NCBI GenBank assembly: GCA_043808365.1
Contig: JAZDEZ010000021.1
Location: 64,403 to 128,402 of the forward strand
Reading direction: 5' to 3'
DNA from: Patescibacteria group bacterium
Lineage (GTDB): Bacteria > Patescibacteriota > Patescibacteriia > UBA10025 > JAHIVO01
Length of the DNA: 64,000 nucleotides
Made by a program: the position numbers and the translations under genes. The notes under the pieces were generated by a model. That model was given only the letters and a program-made list of their open reading frames with translations. It had not been told where the DNA came from and searched no databases. Shown here piece after piece: positions 15,713 to 24,359 of this stretch (positions within the stretch are counted from its first letter, which is position 1; each line of letters opens with the position of its first letter).

Positions 15713-17641
15713 TTAATAGATTTTTTTCAGCGAGGTGGCGGTATAATAGTACCGTAAAATCCAATCGTAGGTTTTATTCTCTTTGGTGGCAAATCCTCGC
15801 GCGCCTTGTGCGGATAATCCCACCATGTGATTGCCGGTGAGCGTTGTGGCGTTGGAAATAACGCCGTATGGATCACTGACAGACAGGCACCAGGGGAAGC
15901 CGCCGCTATCCCATACTTCCTGCCAGCTTCTAGTCCGGCCGTCAGTGCCTGATGAATAAGCGGCGACAATGATGCCCTCGGGGTTCAATTGGGAAATTGC
16001 ATCGGGGTGGACGACAACCTGTCCGGCAGTGGCGGCGACTGCGGCGATCGGGTCGGTAGAACGCTGTTCAAACCCGTATCCCCTGTACACCTGGTCAGTG
16101 GTGGCGTTTATGTCAAAATGTTCATTGGGATGCTTGCCGCCGCGCAACGTATGCCACAGGATGTAGGATCGGGCACTGGTAATGAGCGCTTTCAGATATT
16201 CAGGCGGCTGGCCGTTGGACACCTCGGCCAGGCCTTTGAGGTAGGATTCCAGCGGCAACTCGTTGATTACCCAGAGTTTTTTATCAGTTGAGGCATAGCG
16301 CACTTCCAGCGTACCGCGGAAGGTATTATCGTTGAGGGTTGAGTTCCAGGCCGGCTTGTTAGTCCAGCTGGCGACAGTCATTATCGAGGCAGGATCTTTC
16401 TGTATTAACCGATAGTAAGCGGTATCAGAAAATATTATTGACGTTGATTCGTTTGCTGACTTGTCAGTCGCGGTGTTGGTATGGCCGTCAACGAGCTGGT
16501 AGGCGCCATTACTAGTGATAGTGATTGGATCAGTCGTGCTGTAGAGGCCGATGCGCACCGTCGGCTCGCCGACCGCGGCGGTCGTTGGCGCTGGATCAGG
16601 CGGGTCGCCTACCTTCATATCAATCGTAAATTCTCCGCCTTTGATCCAAGTCGCGTTTTCCGCCACCAGGGCGAAATGTTCCGTATAGTATCCGGCCACG
16701 TTAGGCGCGGTCATGGTAAAGGTGAATTTTCCGCCTTCGCCTGGATAGATCCTGGCCTGATCCAGCCTGGTTGGCCGGTAATAGAATTCTCTCCATAGGT
16801 CGGTTTTGAATAAGCTGACCCGGCTGACCGGCTGCGTGGCATTTACCGCGATGAAATGACGGCCGGCATTATACCAATTCTGCAATCCGACATTCTTGAA
16901 CCTGACCCAGAAGATAAACGTGTCCCCTGGCTTGATATGGAGCTGGCCGCTGTCGCTCCGGTTGATTTCCTGCGCCTGGTAATCCTGCGGCCGCGGGTAC
17001 GGCTGTCCGACGCCGATCGGTAGCCGGACATAGCCTCCGTCAATCGAGCCGATGCCGTTTGCCACGAGTCTGAATTCTTCCAGATAGATACCGGCAGTAT
17101 CCGGCGCCTGCACAGCAAAACGCCACCGGCCGATTTGGCCTGGTCTCACGGAGCTTTGCAGGAGTCGGGCGGGCTGGGTGGCAGTTTGCCAGAAACTATT
17201 AGTAAAAATACTCGAACGGTCATTCGGAAACGTGCGCAGGCTGATGAAATTAGTGCCGGTGTTCCGCCAGGTCGTATTGCCGGTGTTCAAAAAATCGACC
17301 CAGACGGTGACTGACCGGCCTGGGTTTAGATTGATGACGCTGTTGCTTCGACTGACTTCTTGGGCGGCGTATTTTGGGGCGGCGCGTGTCGTGGACACTC
17401 CCAGCACTTCAGGAGCGACCGTCATGCCGGGGGCGGGGTCCCGGAGTATATAATCTCCGACATATCCGGCACTGGTATAGTTAGTGATCTGATGGGCCGC
17501 AAAACCACCGTCGCGTGTAGTAAAGGTGTTTGCCTCGGCCGTGGACCCGTCCCTGACGCTGGCCAGGTATTGGGGCACAAACGGCAACAGGAGAAGGATC
17601 ATGACCACTGCAAATACGGAAGAGTAATGTTTCCGGTCCAT
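15713..17641 (-). CDS. SpoIID/LytB-domain protein with N-terminal Ig-like (NBR1-like) repeats
   Basis: C-terminal 'LESYLKGLAEVSNGQPPEYLKALITSARSYILWH...DINATTDQVYRGYG...AAYSSGTDGRT' is a SpoIID signature. The N-terminal repeats contain 'VWVDFLNTGNTTWRN'. Confidence 0.85.
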   Translation of the reverse strand: MDRKHYSSVFAVVMILLLLPFVPQYLASVRDGSTAEANTFTTRDGGFAAHQITNYTSAGYVGDYILRDPAPGMTVAPEVLGVSTTRAAPKYAAQEVSRSNSVINLNPGRSVTVWVDFLNTGNTTWRNTGTNFISLRTFPNDRSSIFTNSFWQTATQPARLLQSSVRPGQIGRWRFAVQAPDTAGIYLEEFRLVANGIGSIDGGYVRLPIGVGQPYPRPQDYQAQEINRSDSGQLHIKPGDTFIFWVRFKNVGLQNWYNAGRHFIAVNATQPVSRVSLFKTDLWREFYYRPTRLDQARIYPGEGGKFTFTMTAPNVAGYYTEHFALVAENATWIKGGEFTIDMKVGDPPDPAPTTAAVGEPTVRIGLYSTTDPITITSNGAYQLVDGHTNTATDKSANESTSIIFSDTAYYRLIQKDPASIMTVASWTNKPAWNSTLNDNTFRGTLEVRYASTDKKLWVINELPLESYLKGLAEVSNGQPPEYLKALITSARSYILWHTLRGGKHPNEHFDINATTDQVYRGYGFEQRSTDPIAAVAATAGQVVVHPDAISQLNPEGIIVAAYSSGTDGRTRSWQEVWDSGGFPWCLSVSDPYGVISNATTLTGNHMVGLSAQGARGFATKENKTYDWILRYYYTATSLKKIY

Positions 17642-18022
17642 AGGAGTATGTTTGTGTTTTTATTTTTGACTAGAGATAAAAAAATACATCAGCCACAGAA
17701 GGCCGGGCATCAGCGAGAGGTTTGCGTACATGTAGATTGGCCTTGTGTTTTTCGTTTTTGGAAAAGGCGGTAAAAATTTTGGTCTACTCCGCGTATAATC
17801 TTGGGAGTGGTTTTTATTTTTATTTTACTCAAGACTCACCTTTTCTGCCTTAATGATAGCACATTTTTAACGGATTGTCAACACATAATTTAAATGATAG
17901 GATGTAGGGAGGCCGATCAGCAAAATTTCTAATTCCCAATTTCTAATATCTAATAAATGTCCAATTTCCAATGCTAGAATGCCCAATTGGCCATTAATTC
18001 ATTGGGGGGTTGATTAGTAATT

Positions 18023-18052
18023 TCCGCCGGAGGCGGATCAGCCTCTGGCCGA
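18023..18052. repeat. pair of GC hairpins (TCCGCC-GGA-GGCGGA, TCAGCC-TCT-GGCCGA)
   Basis: Same TCCGCC...GGCGGA stem as the hairpins at 3994-4023 and 28521-28535. Confidence 0.5.
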
Positions 18053-18081
18053 AGTAATTAGGAATTAGTCATTCTTTTCAT

Positions 18082-19503
18082 ATGTCCTACACCAGGAAAA
18101 TTGCCCACAATACAATCATCCAGATCATCGGCAAGGTGGCTAGTACAGCAATCGGCCTGGTGGTCATCGGCTTGATGACCAGGTATCTCCGAGAGGAAGG
18201 TTTCGGCCAATATTATACCGTCATGTCATTCTTGCAGCTGTTCGGAATTTTGGTGGATTTGGGCTTGTATACCATATTGTTGAAAAAGAATTCTGAACCA
18301 GGCGTGGATCAGGATAAGATGACTAGCAACATTTTTACCATTCGACTGATATCAGCCGTGGTGTTTTTGGGTATCGCGCCGCTCGTCGCGCTGTTTTTCC
18401 CATACCCCAGTATTGTGAAATGGGGTATTGCCGCAACGAGCGTGTCATTCCTGTGCATCACGCTCAACCAAGTGCTGACTGGAGTATTTCAGAAGCATTT
18501 GCACATGGAACGGGTGGCGATGGCGGAAATGGCCGGACGGTTGGCATTGCTGGCCGGCACTTTCATGGCCATCAAGCTGGGGCTGAACCTAGTGTGGATC
18601 TTGGCCTCGGTTTCCATCGGCAGCCTGGTTAATTTTATTCTGCTGTTTGCTTACAGCCGGAAATACGTGCAGATACGATGGGCCATAGACTGGCCACTGT
18701 GGAAAGAAATTGTCCGTGAAACGTGGCCGATCGCCCTATCCATTGCTTTTAACCTGATTTACTTCAAGGCGGACGCAATCATCCTCTCGTTGTTCAAAAC
18801 CCAGTCTGATGTCGGGGTCTATGGGGCCCCATATAAGGTATTGGAAGTGCTGACGACATTTCCGGCCATGTTTGCGGGCTTGGTCATGCCGCTTCTAGCG
18901 GCCGCCTGGGCGGCCAATGACCGGGAGCGGTTTCAGCGCGTTATACGAAAATCGTTTAATGCCATGAGCTTGGTGGCCTTACCTCTTATTGTCGGCACAA
19001 TTTTCGTTGCCCAGCCGATAATGGACCTGGTGGCCCCGGAATTCAGGGATTCCGGCGCGCTACTCCAGATACTCATTATCGCCACGGGAATAATTTTTAT
19101 CGGCAATGTCTTCGGCGGCGCGGTGGTGGCGATAAACCGGCAGCGGGCCATGATGTGGCTCTATATGCTGGTCGCCGCCGTGTCGTTGGCAGGCTTTCTG
19201 ATATTTATTCCCCACTATTCATACTTCGGCGCCGCCTGGATCCGCGTCCTATCCGAATTACTAGTGACCATAGCGGCGGCGACAATTGTTTTGCGATTCG
19301 CGCATGCCAAGCTCTCCTTCAGCGTATTTGGCAAGGCTGTTATTGCCACCGGACTGATGGCCGGTTCATTATGGATATTCCGGCACCAACAATGGTTTAT
19401 ATCCATTGTCGTAGCCATGATCGTTTATGCCTCAGCAATTTTAGCCATGAAAGGTGTCACGCGAGAAACAATCCGTGAAATAATTAGCCGAAATGAAGCA
19501 TGA
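18082..19503 (+). CDS. polysaccharide/oligosaccharide flippase (MOP/Wzx family)
   Basis: 473 aa with about 12-14 TM helices. The N-terminus 'NTIIQIIGKVASTAIGLVVIGLMTRYL..EGFGQY' is typical of Polysacc_synt proteins. Confidence 0.8.
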   Translation: MSYTRKIAHNTIIQIIGKVASTAIGLVVIGLMTRYLREEGFGQYYTVMSFLQLFGILVDLGLYTILLKKNSEPGVDQDKMTSNIFTIRLISAVVFLGIAPLVALFFPYPSIVKWGIAATSVSFLCITLNQVLTGVFQKHLHMERVAMAEMAGRLALLAGTFMAIKLGLNLVWILASVSIGSLVNFILLFAYSRKYVQIRWAIDWPLWKEIVRETWPIALSIAFNLIYFKADAIILSLFKTQSDVGVYGAPYKVLEVLTTFPAMFAGLVMPLLAAAWAANDRERFQRVIRKSFNAMSLVALPLIVGTIFVAQPIMDLVAPEFRDSGALLQILIIATGIIFIGNVFGGAVVAINRQRAMMWLYMLVAAVSLAGFLIFIPHYSYFGAAWIRVLSELLVTIAAATIVLRFAHAKLSFSVFGKAVIATGLMAGSLWIFRHQQWFISIVVAMIVYASAILAMKGVTRETIREIISRNEA

Positions 19504-20624
19504 AAAATATCCTCATCATGAAATTCCCCCTGTCGTCGATGATGGGAGGCGGCGAGCGCCACACGATGTCGCTGGTGAATGAGCTGCGGCAGAAGGATTT
19601 TAATTTTTTCCTGGCGTCCAGTTGCCGGGTATTATTGTCCGAGTTCAAGAAAAACCGCTGGCCGGCCAAGCGGTGGTGGGGCGGCGTGGAGCCGGTTTCG
19701 ATTAGCCGGATTTTGATATGGCCGTTTGTCGCGCCTTTTGCGTGCATGTCGCTTGGCGCCGTGCTAGTGTATTACCGCTTGGTAAAAAAAACCACGGTAT
19801 TATATTGTTTGTCACTGACGGAAAAAATATTAGCCACTGTGCCGGCGCGGCTGCTGGGCATGAAAGTCATTTGGGTCGAGCATGTCACTGTGGAGCGCTG
19901 GCTGGCGCAAAATCCACTTAAGATTTTATACCGCTGGTTTTCGCGGGGAGTGTCAATCGTCGCCGTCTCTAAAGCGATAAAAGGCCAGTTAACCAAAGAT
20001 ATTCATGTCCGTGAGGACAATATCTCCGTCATATATAATGGCGTTGACCTGAAGAAATTTACCGTCAAGGAACGGCGCTGGGAGCAATCCGCCAGGTTTA
20101 ACATCGGATGCGTGGCGCGCCTGGAGCCGGAAAAGGGCGTGGAATTCCTGATCCAATCAGTGAAGATCGTCCAGGAGTTCATTCCGTTTGTCAGGCTGAT
20201 CATCGTTGGCGAGGGCAGTGAACGGAAGAAGCTGATCTGGCTGTCCGAGCGCCTGGGGCTGAAAGAAACCATCCAATGGGTCGGTTACCAGCGGGAGGTG
20301 GACAAATGGTATTCGTATTTTGACGCGCTGGTCCTGCCGTCAGTGCGGCGCGAGTCATTCGGCATCACGCTGGTTGAAGCCATGGCGACCGGCATTCCCG
20401 TGGTCGGCACGCGCCTGGGCGGCATCCCGGAAATTATCGGTCATAAATCAACTGGCCTGTTGGCCAAGCCGGGCGACAGCCAGGATATGGCTGACCAGCT
20501 CATCTACCTGTTTAACCACCGGGCAGAATCGCATGAGATGGTCCTGCGCGCCAGGCAGAAAGTGGAGACCATATTCAGCCTGGACCGGATGGTCCGTGAT
20601 TATTATCTTTTGTTACGCAAGTAG
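19500..20624 (+). CDS. glycosyltransferase family 4 (GT-B, Glycos_transf_1)
   Basis: 'LPSVRRESFGITLVEAMATGIPVVGTRLGGIPEII' contains the EX7E motif region. ATGA start/stop overlap with the flippase gene. Confidence 0.9.
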   Translation: MKNILIMKFPLSSMMGGGERHTMSLVNELRQKDFNFFLASSCRVLLSEFKKNRWPAKRWWGGVEPVSISRILIWPFVAPFACMSLGAVLVYYRLVKKTTVLYCLSLTEKILATVPARLLGMKVIWVEHVTVERWLAQNPLKILYRWFSRGVSIVAVSKAIKGQLTKDIHVREDNISVIYNGVDLKKFTVKERRWEQSARFNIGCVARLEPEKGVEFLIQSVKIVQEFIPFVRLIIVGEGSERKKLIWLSERLGLKETIQWVGYQREVDKWYSYFDALVLPSVRRESFGITLVEAMATGIPVVGTRLGGIPEIIGHKSTGLLAKPGDSQDMADQLIYLFNHRAESHEMVLRARQKVETIFSLDRMVRDYYLLLRK

Positions 20625-20627
20625 CAT

Positions 20628-22091
20628 ATGTTTTCAATCAGCAAAAATTCAATACTGTTTATCGGCGCATGCACGCTCGCCGTTGTAAGTATCCTGGCCA
20701 TTAATTTTATCAGCGTGAATATCGGCTGGTATATCGCTCTGGCGTTTTTACTCGGCTCGTCAATTTTTTATCTGATATTCCGAAAACCGCATTGGGGCGC
20801 GATCTTGATGGTTTTTGCTCTCCCCTTTGAGCGTCTTGGCGCGTATGAGGCTGGCGGGACGACGATCCGTCTCAGTCAAATATTTTTATTGGCTACGGTT
20901 GCGGCCTGGTTTTCCCGCCTGTATTTTTACAAGCAATACCGTTTCGCGCGCAATCCCGTGCTCATCCCGATCGTGCTGTTCATGGCCATCCAGGTCGCGT
21001 CACTGACCCAGGCTTTGAATAGCGGCCGGTCAATGACCGTGCTTGCCTATATATTGTTTACCGCCATAGCCGCCGCGGTTATCCCAAATATCGTCACGAC
21101 AAAACAGCAGTTGAATAAGATACTGGTAGCACTGCTTATTAGTTTTGTGCTCGTGTCAGGGTTTGGGCTGTTCCAATTCCTCGGTGACATGGCTGGCTTG
21201 CCGCAATCATTGACGGGACTGCGCGACTTATACACAAAAGACGTGCTTGGCTTCACCCGGGTGCAGTCTACGGCGTATGAGCCATTGTATTTCGCCAATT
21301 ATTTGTTGATTCCCATCGCGATCGTCTTTGCCTTGTGGCTGGCTGGCAGCCGGTCAGGCGATCGCTGGAAAACTGGACTGGGCACCGTGAGCGTAAGGTA
21401 CGGCATACTGCTATTGTTGCTTGGATTGGGCATGGTCAATCTTGTTTTGACGGTTTCGCGCGGCGGATATTTGGCGGTTGCCGCCGTCCTCCTGGTGGCC
21501 GGTTTTTGGTATTGGAAAAAGCTGTTTCGGCCGACGACCATTATTGTCATGATTATCTGCGTTGTCGCAGTCGGTTATGTGGTAGTCAAGACTTTTTCGC
21601 CTAGCGGCGAGGCGTTGACGCTGGATAAGTTCAAAGAGCATGTCAGTAACGTGTTTTATGGTGCCTCGTATAATGAGCGCGTTGATACCATCGAGACTGC
21701 CGTCCAGGCCTGGCGCGAACATCCGCTTATTGGCGTCGGCGTCGGCGGGTTCGGGCCGTATGCCGCGCCGCACCCGTTTTATGAGCCGAAAGACGGCTGG
21801 CGAATCGTGAATAATGAATATATTGAAGTGCTCGCCGAGAGCGGGCTTTTGGGCTTGGCTTGTTTTATTTCGTTAATAATTTTTTTGATTATCCGTTCAT
21901 GGGGCGCGGCACGCCGGACTGATGATCCGTATTTGAAATCGGTCATGGTTGGCCTGTTAGCCGCGTTCCTCGGGGTGCTGGTCCAATATCTGACTTTTTC
22001 CACTCTGTATGTCATGCATATCTGGGTGCTGATCGGCCTGATGATTGCCGTGCAGAATATGGCGTTATTACCCGTTAAAAAAGGAGCATAA
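20628..22091 (+). CDS. O-antigen ligase/polymerase-like (Wzy_C) membrane protein
   Basis: Polytopic membrane protein. 'LTVSRGGYLAVAAVLL' is the Wzy_C loop motif. Confidence 0.75.
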   Translation: MFSISKNSILFIGACTLAVVSILAINFISVNIGWYIALAFLLGSSIFYLIFRKPHWGAILMVFALPFERLGAYEAGGTTIRLSQIFLLATVAAWFSRLYFYKQYRFARNPVLIPIVLFMAIQVASLTQALNSGRSMTVLAYILFTAIAAAVIPNIVTTKQQLNKILVALLISFVLVSGFGLFQFLGDMAGLPQSLTGLRDLYTKDVLGFTRVQSTAYEPLYFANYLLIPIAIVFALWLAGSRSGDRWKTGLGTVSVRYGILLLLLGLGMVNLVLTVSRGGYLAVAAVLLVAGFWYWKKLFRPTTIIVMIICVVAVGYVVVKTFSPSGEALTLDKFKEHVSNVFYGASYNERVDTIETAVQAWREHPLIGVGVGGFGPYAAPHPFYEPKDGWRIVNNEYIEVLAESGLLGLACFISLIIFLIIRSWGAARRTDDPYLKSVMVGLLAAFLGVLVQYLTFSTLYVMHIWVLIGLMIAVQNMALLPVKKGA

Positions 22092-22157
22092 TTCATCGTG
22101 CTACTGAGTGAAAATGGCGCTGTTTTTTTGTTATCTTCCGCATGGTACAATAGGAAT

Positions 22158-23459
22158 ATGGAAGCGGTTTTGATTATTATTTTTACCCTAGTATTCGCTT
22201 ATATCGCCTGGCGGAAGCTGGACTGGGCGATCTGCTTGGCGATCTTGTTTTCCCCCGTCTATTTGATCCGTTTTACGGCCGGGTTTCTGCCGATGACGAT
22301 TTTGGAAGTCATGCTGCTAGTCATTGCCGCTGTATGGGGTCTTAAAACTTTGTTCAAAGTTCAGAGCGTGAGCTGGCCGTGGAAATGGCTACTGATATTA
22401 TTCGTCCTGGCCGGCACGATCGCGGTGATCATCTCGCCGGACAAACGGCAGGCACTCGGCCTGTGGAAAGCGTATATCATTGAACCGGCGCTTTTCTTTT
22501 TAGTTTTTGTAAATACAATTAAAACTAAAGAACAGGTCCGCAGCGTCATCTGGTCATTTGGCGCGGCGGTCGTAGTCATTGGGTATGTCGCCTTAATTCA
22601 ATACGTTGGCCTGCTGCACATCCCCAGCCCGTACGGCCTGGAGCATCCGCAACGGGCCACGTCCGTCTTTCCTTTTCCGACCGCGGTCGGAAAATTTATC
22701 GGGCCGATCCTGGCCATGTTCATCAGTTTTTGGCTGGTCAGGGTGCGGCCGCGGACCAGTTCACTCTGGGATGCGGCGAAGCGCCATATTTTTACTGGCG
22801 GCGTGGTATTGTTTGGAGTTATCGGGCTGTTGTTTTCTTTTTCGCGCGGCGCAGTCATTGGCGTTGCGGCTGCCATGCTGTTTGCCAGCTTTTTTTCGGT
22901 TCGTCGCAAGTGGATCTGGTTGACGATGTTGTTCGTGCTCGTGGCGTGTTTCATCATCCCGTTCACCAGGCATGAAATCATTTCAGTCGTCGACGTGAAG
23001 GATGCCTCAGCGGATGTCCATGTGGTGATGTGGAAAGGCGCCGCACGCATCATCAAAGCGAATCCAATTTTAGGTACGGGGCTTGCCAGCTTCCCGGTCG
23101 TTTATGAAAAATACAAGGAAGCCTCGCATACGGAGTTTTTCCCCAATCCAGACGAACTGTACCTGACCCTTTGGATTGAAATGGGTTTGTTGGGATTGTT
23201 AGTATTTATCTGGTTGGTCGTGAAATATTTTCATGACGCATGGCGGGCGGCAAGGAGTCTTATTAATGACAATTCAATATACGCCATGATGGTTGGCTTG
23301 ATGGCAGCCATGGTCGCCCTATTGGCGCACGGTTTTTTCGACACGCCGTATTTTAAAAATGACCTGGCGATAATTTTTTGGACGCTGGTTGGGCTGGCGG
23401 TGGTTTTACCGCGAATTTCAAAGGCAGACACAACACCTTTGCATATATCCGAACATTAA
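22158..23459 (+). CDS. O-antigen ligase/polymerase-like (Wzy_C) membrane protein, second copy
   Basis: 'LFSFSRGAVIGVAAAML'. ATG 22158 is preferred over GTG 22098 (the start is uncertain). Confidence 0.72.
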   Translation: MEAVLIIIFTLVFAYIAWRKLDWAICLAILFSPVYLIRFTAGFLPMTILEVMLLVIAAVWGLKTLFKVQSVSWPWKWLLILFVLAGTIAVIISPDKRQALGLWKAYIIEPALFFLVFVNTIKTKEQVRSVIWSFGAAVVVIGYVALIQYVGLLHIPSPYGLEHPQRATSVFPFPTAVGKFIGPILAMFISFWLVRVRPRTSSLWDAAKRHIFTGGVVLFGVIGLLFSFSRGAVIGVAAAMLFASFFSVRRKWIWLTMLFVLVACFIIPFTRHEIISVVDVKDASADVHVVMWKGAARIIKANPILGTGLASFPVVYEKYKEASHTEFFPNPDELYLTLWIEMGLLGLLVFIWLVVKYFHDAWRAARSLINDNSIYAMMVGLMAAMVALLAHGFFDTPYFKNDLAIIFWTLVGLAVVLPRISKADTTPLHISEH

Positions 23460-23469
23460 TACAATCATT

Positions 23470-24261
23470 ATGAAAAGGAGCCTAGTAATCATTTTCATCG
23501 CCATTGCTTCCGTTGCCCTGACCGCCGGGGTCGTCAAGGCGGCCAGCGCCGTGTATGACACCCTGACTATCGGGAGGCAGGGTACGGGCGGCGTGACGTA
23601 TTTCAACGGGACAATGAAAAATAATACCACCGGAGCAAATAACGCCGACAACCCCGTGACGATTGGCGATAATGTACGCATCGACGGCCGGGTTTACCGC
23701 GGCGCCACGGCTGGGACCGGCGACAGCCTGCCGTTTATCGTTAACGACAATTTGGAAGTGGCCGGCAGTTCCACGGTCAATGGCAATGAGTCTGTGGTTG
23801 GAACTTCAACTATCGCTGGTAATGCCTCAGTGGGCGGCAACCTCACTGTTACTGGCAGTTTGACTTTTGGCGGCGTTACGCCTGCGAAAAGCAAGACTTA
23901 CTCGGGCACGATCGATCTGACCCTGGCTGGGGATGAGGTAGTGACCACTGCGGATGGCGCCTGTGCCCAGCCAACTGACACGAAAAATTCCGCCTACCAT
24001 TACAAATTAATAAGTGTCCCGGAACTTAATATGGACACCGCTCCGGGAGTCCGGGTTTTCGCAAAGACGCCAACCACTGGCGGTATCGTAGCGCCCCCGT
24101 GGATCCCACAGAGCGGAGAAGTGTGGAGTGGAGCAAGCTATGCGTACTATAATACCGGCGTGGTCTACTTGGGTTTTAAAATTGTGACGACAATTTGCAA
24201 CGGTACTATTGTAACAGCGAATTTTATGACTGGCCCGTACCGCATTTCAATAGTCTATTAA
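23470..24261 (+). CDS. secreted hypothetical protein with short beta-helix-like repeats
   Basis: Start moved to ATG 23470, giving the signal peptide 'MKRSLVIIFIAIASVALTAGVVKA'. Repeats: 'VAGSSTVNGNESVVGTSTIAGNASVGGNLTVTGSLTFGG'. Confidence 0.6.
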   Translation: MKRSLVIIFIAIASVALTAGVVKAASAVYDTLTIGRQGTGGVTYFNGTMKNNTTGANNADNPVTIGDNVRIDGRVYRGATAGTGDSLPFIVNDNLEVAGSSTVNGNESVVGTSTIAGNASVGGNLTVTGSLTFGGVTPAKSKTYSGTIDLTLAGDEVVTTADGACAQPTDTKNSAYHYKLISVPELNMDTAPGVRVFAKTPTTGGIVAPPWIPQSGEVWSGASYAYYNTGVVYLGFKIVTTICNGTIVTANFMTGPYRISIVY

Positions 24262-24359
24262 GCATAGACTGCGGATAGCGTTTCATCCGATCAGAAGAGT
24301 GCGGTGATTTGTTTTAGGCTGGACAAAATGCCGAAAATGCGCTATAATATATAGGTAAA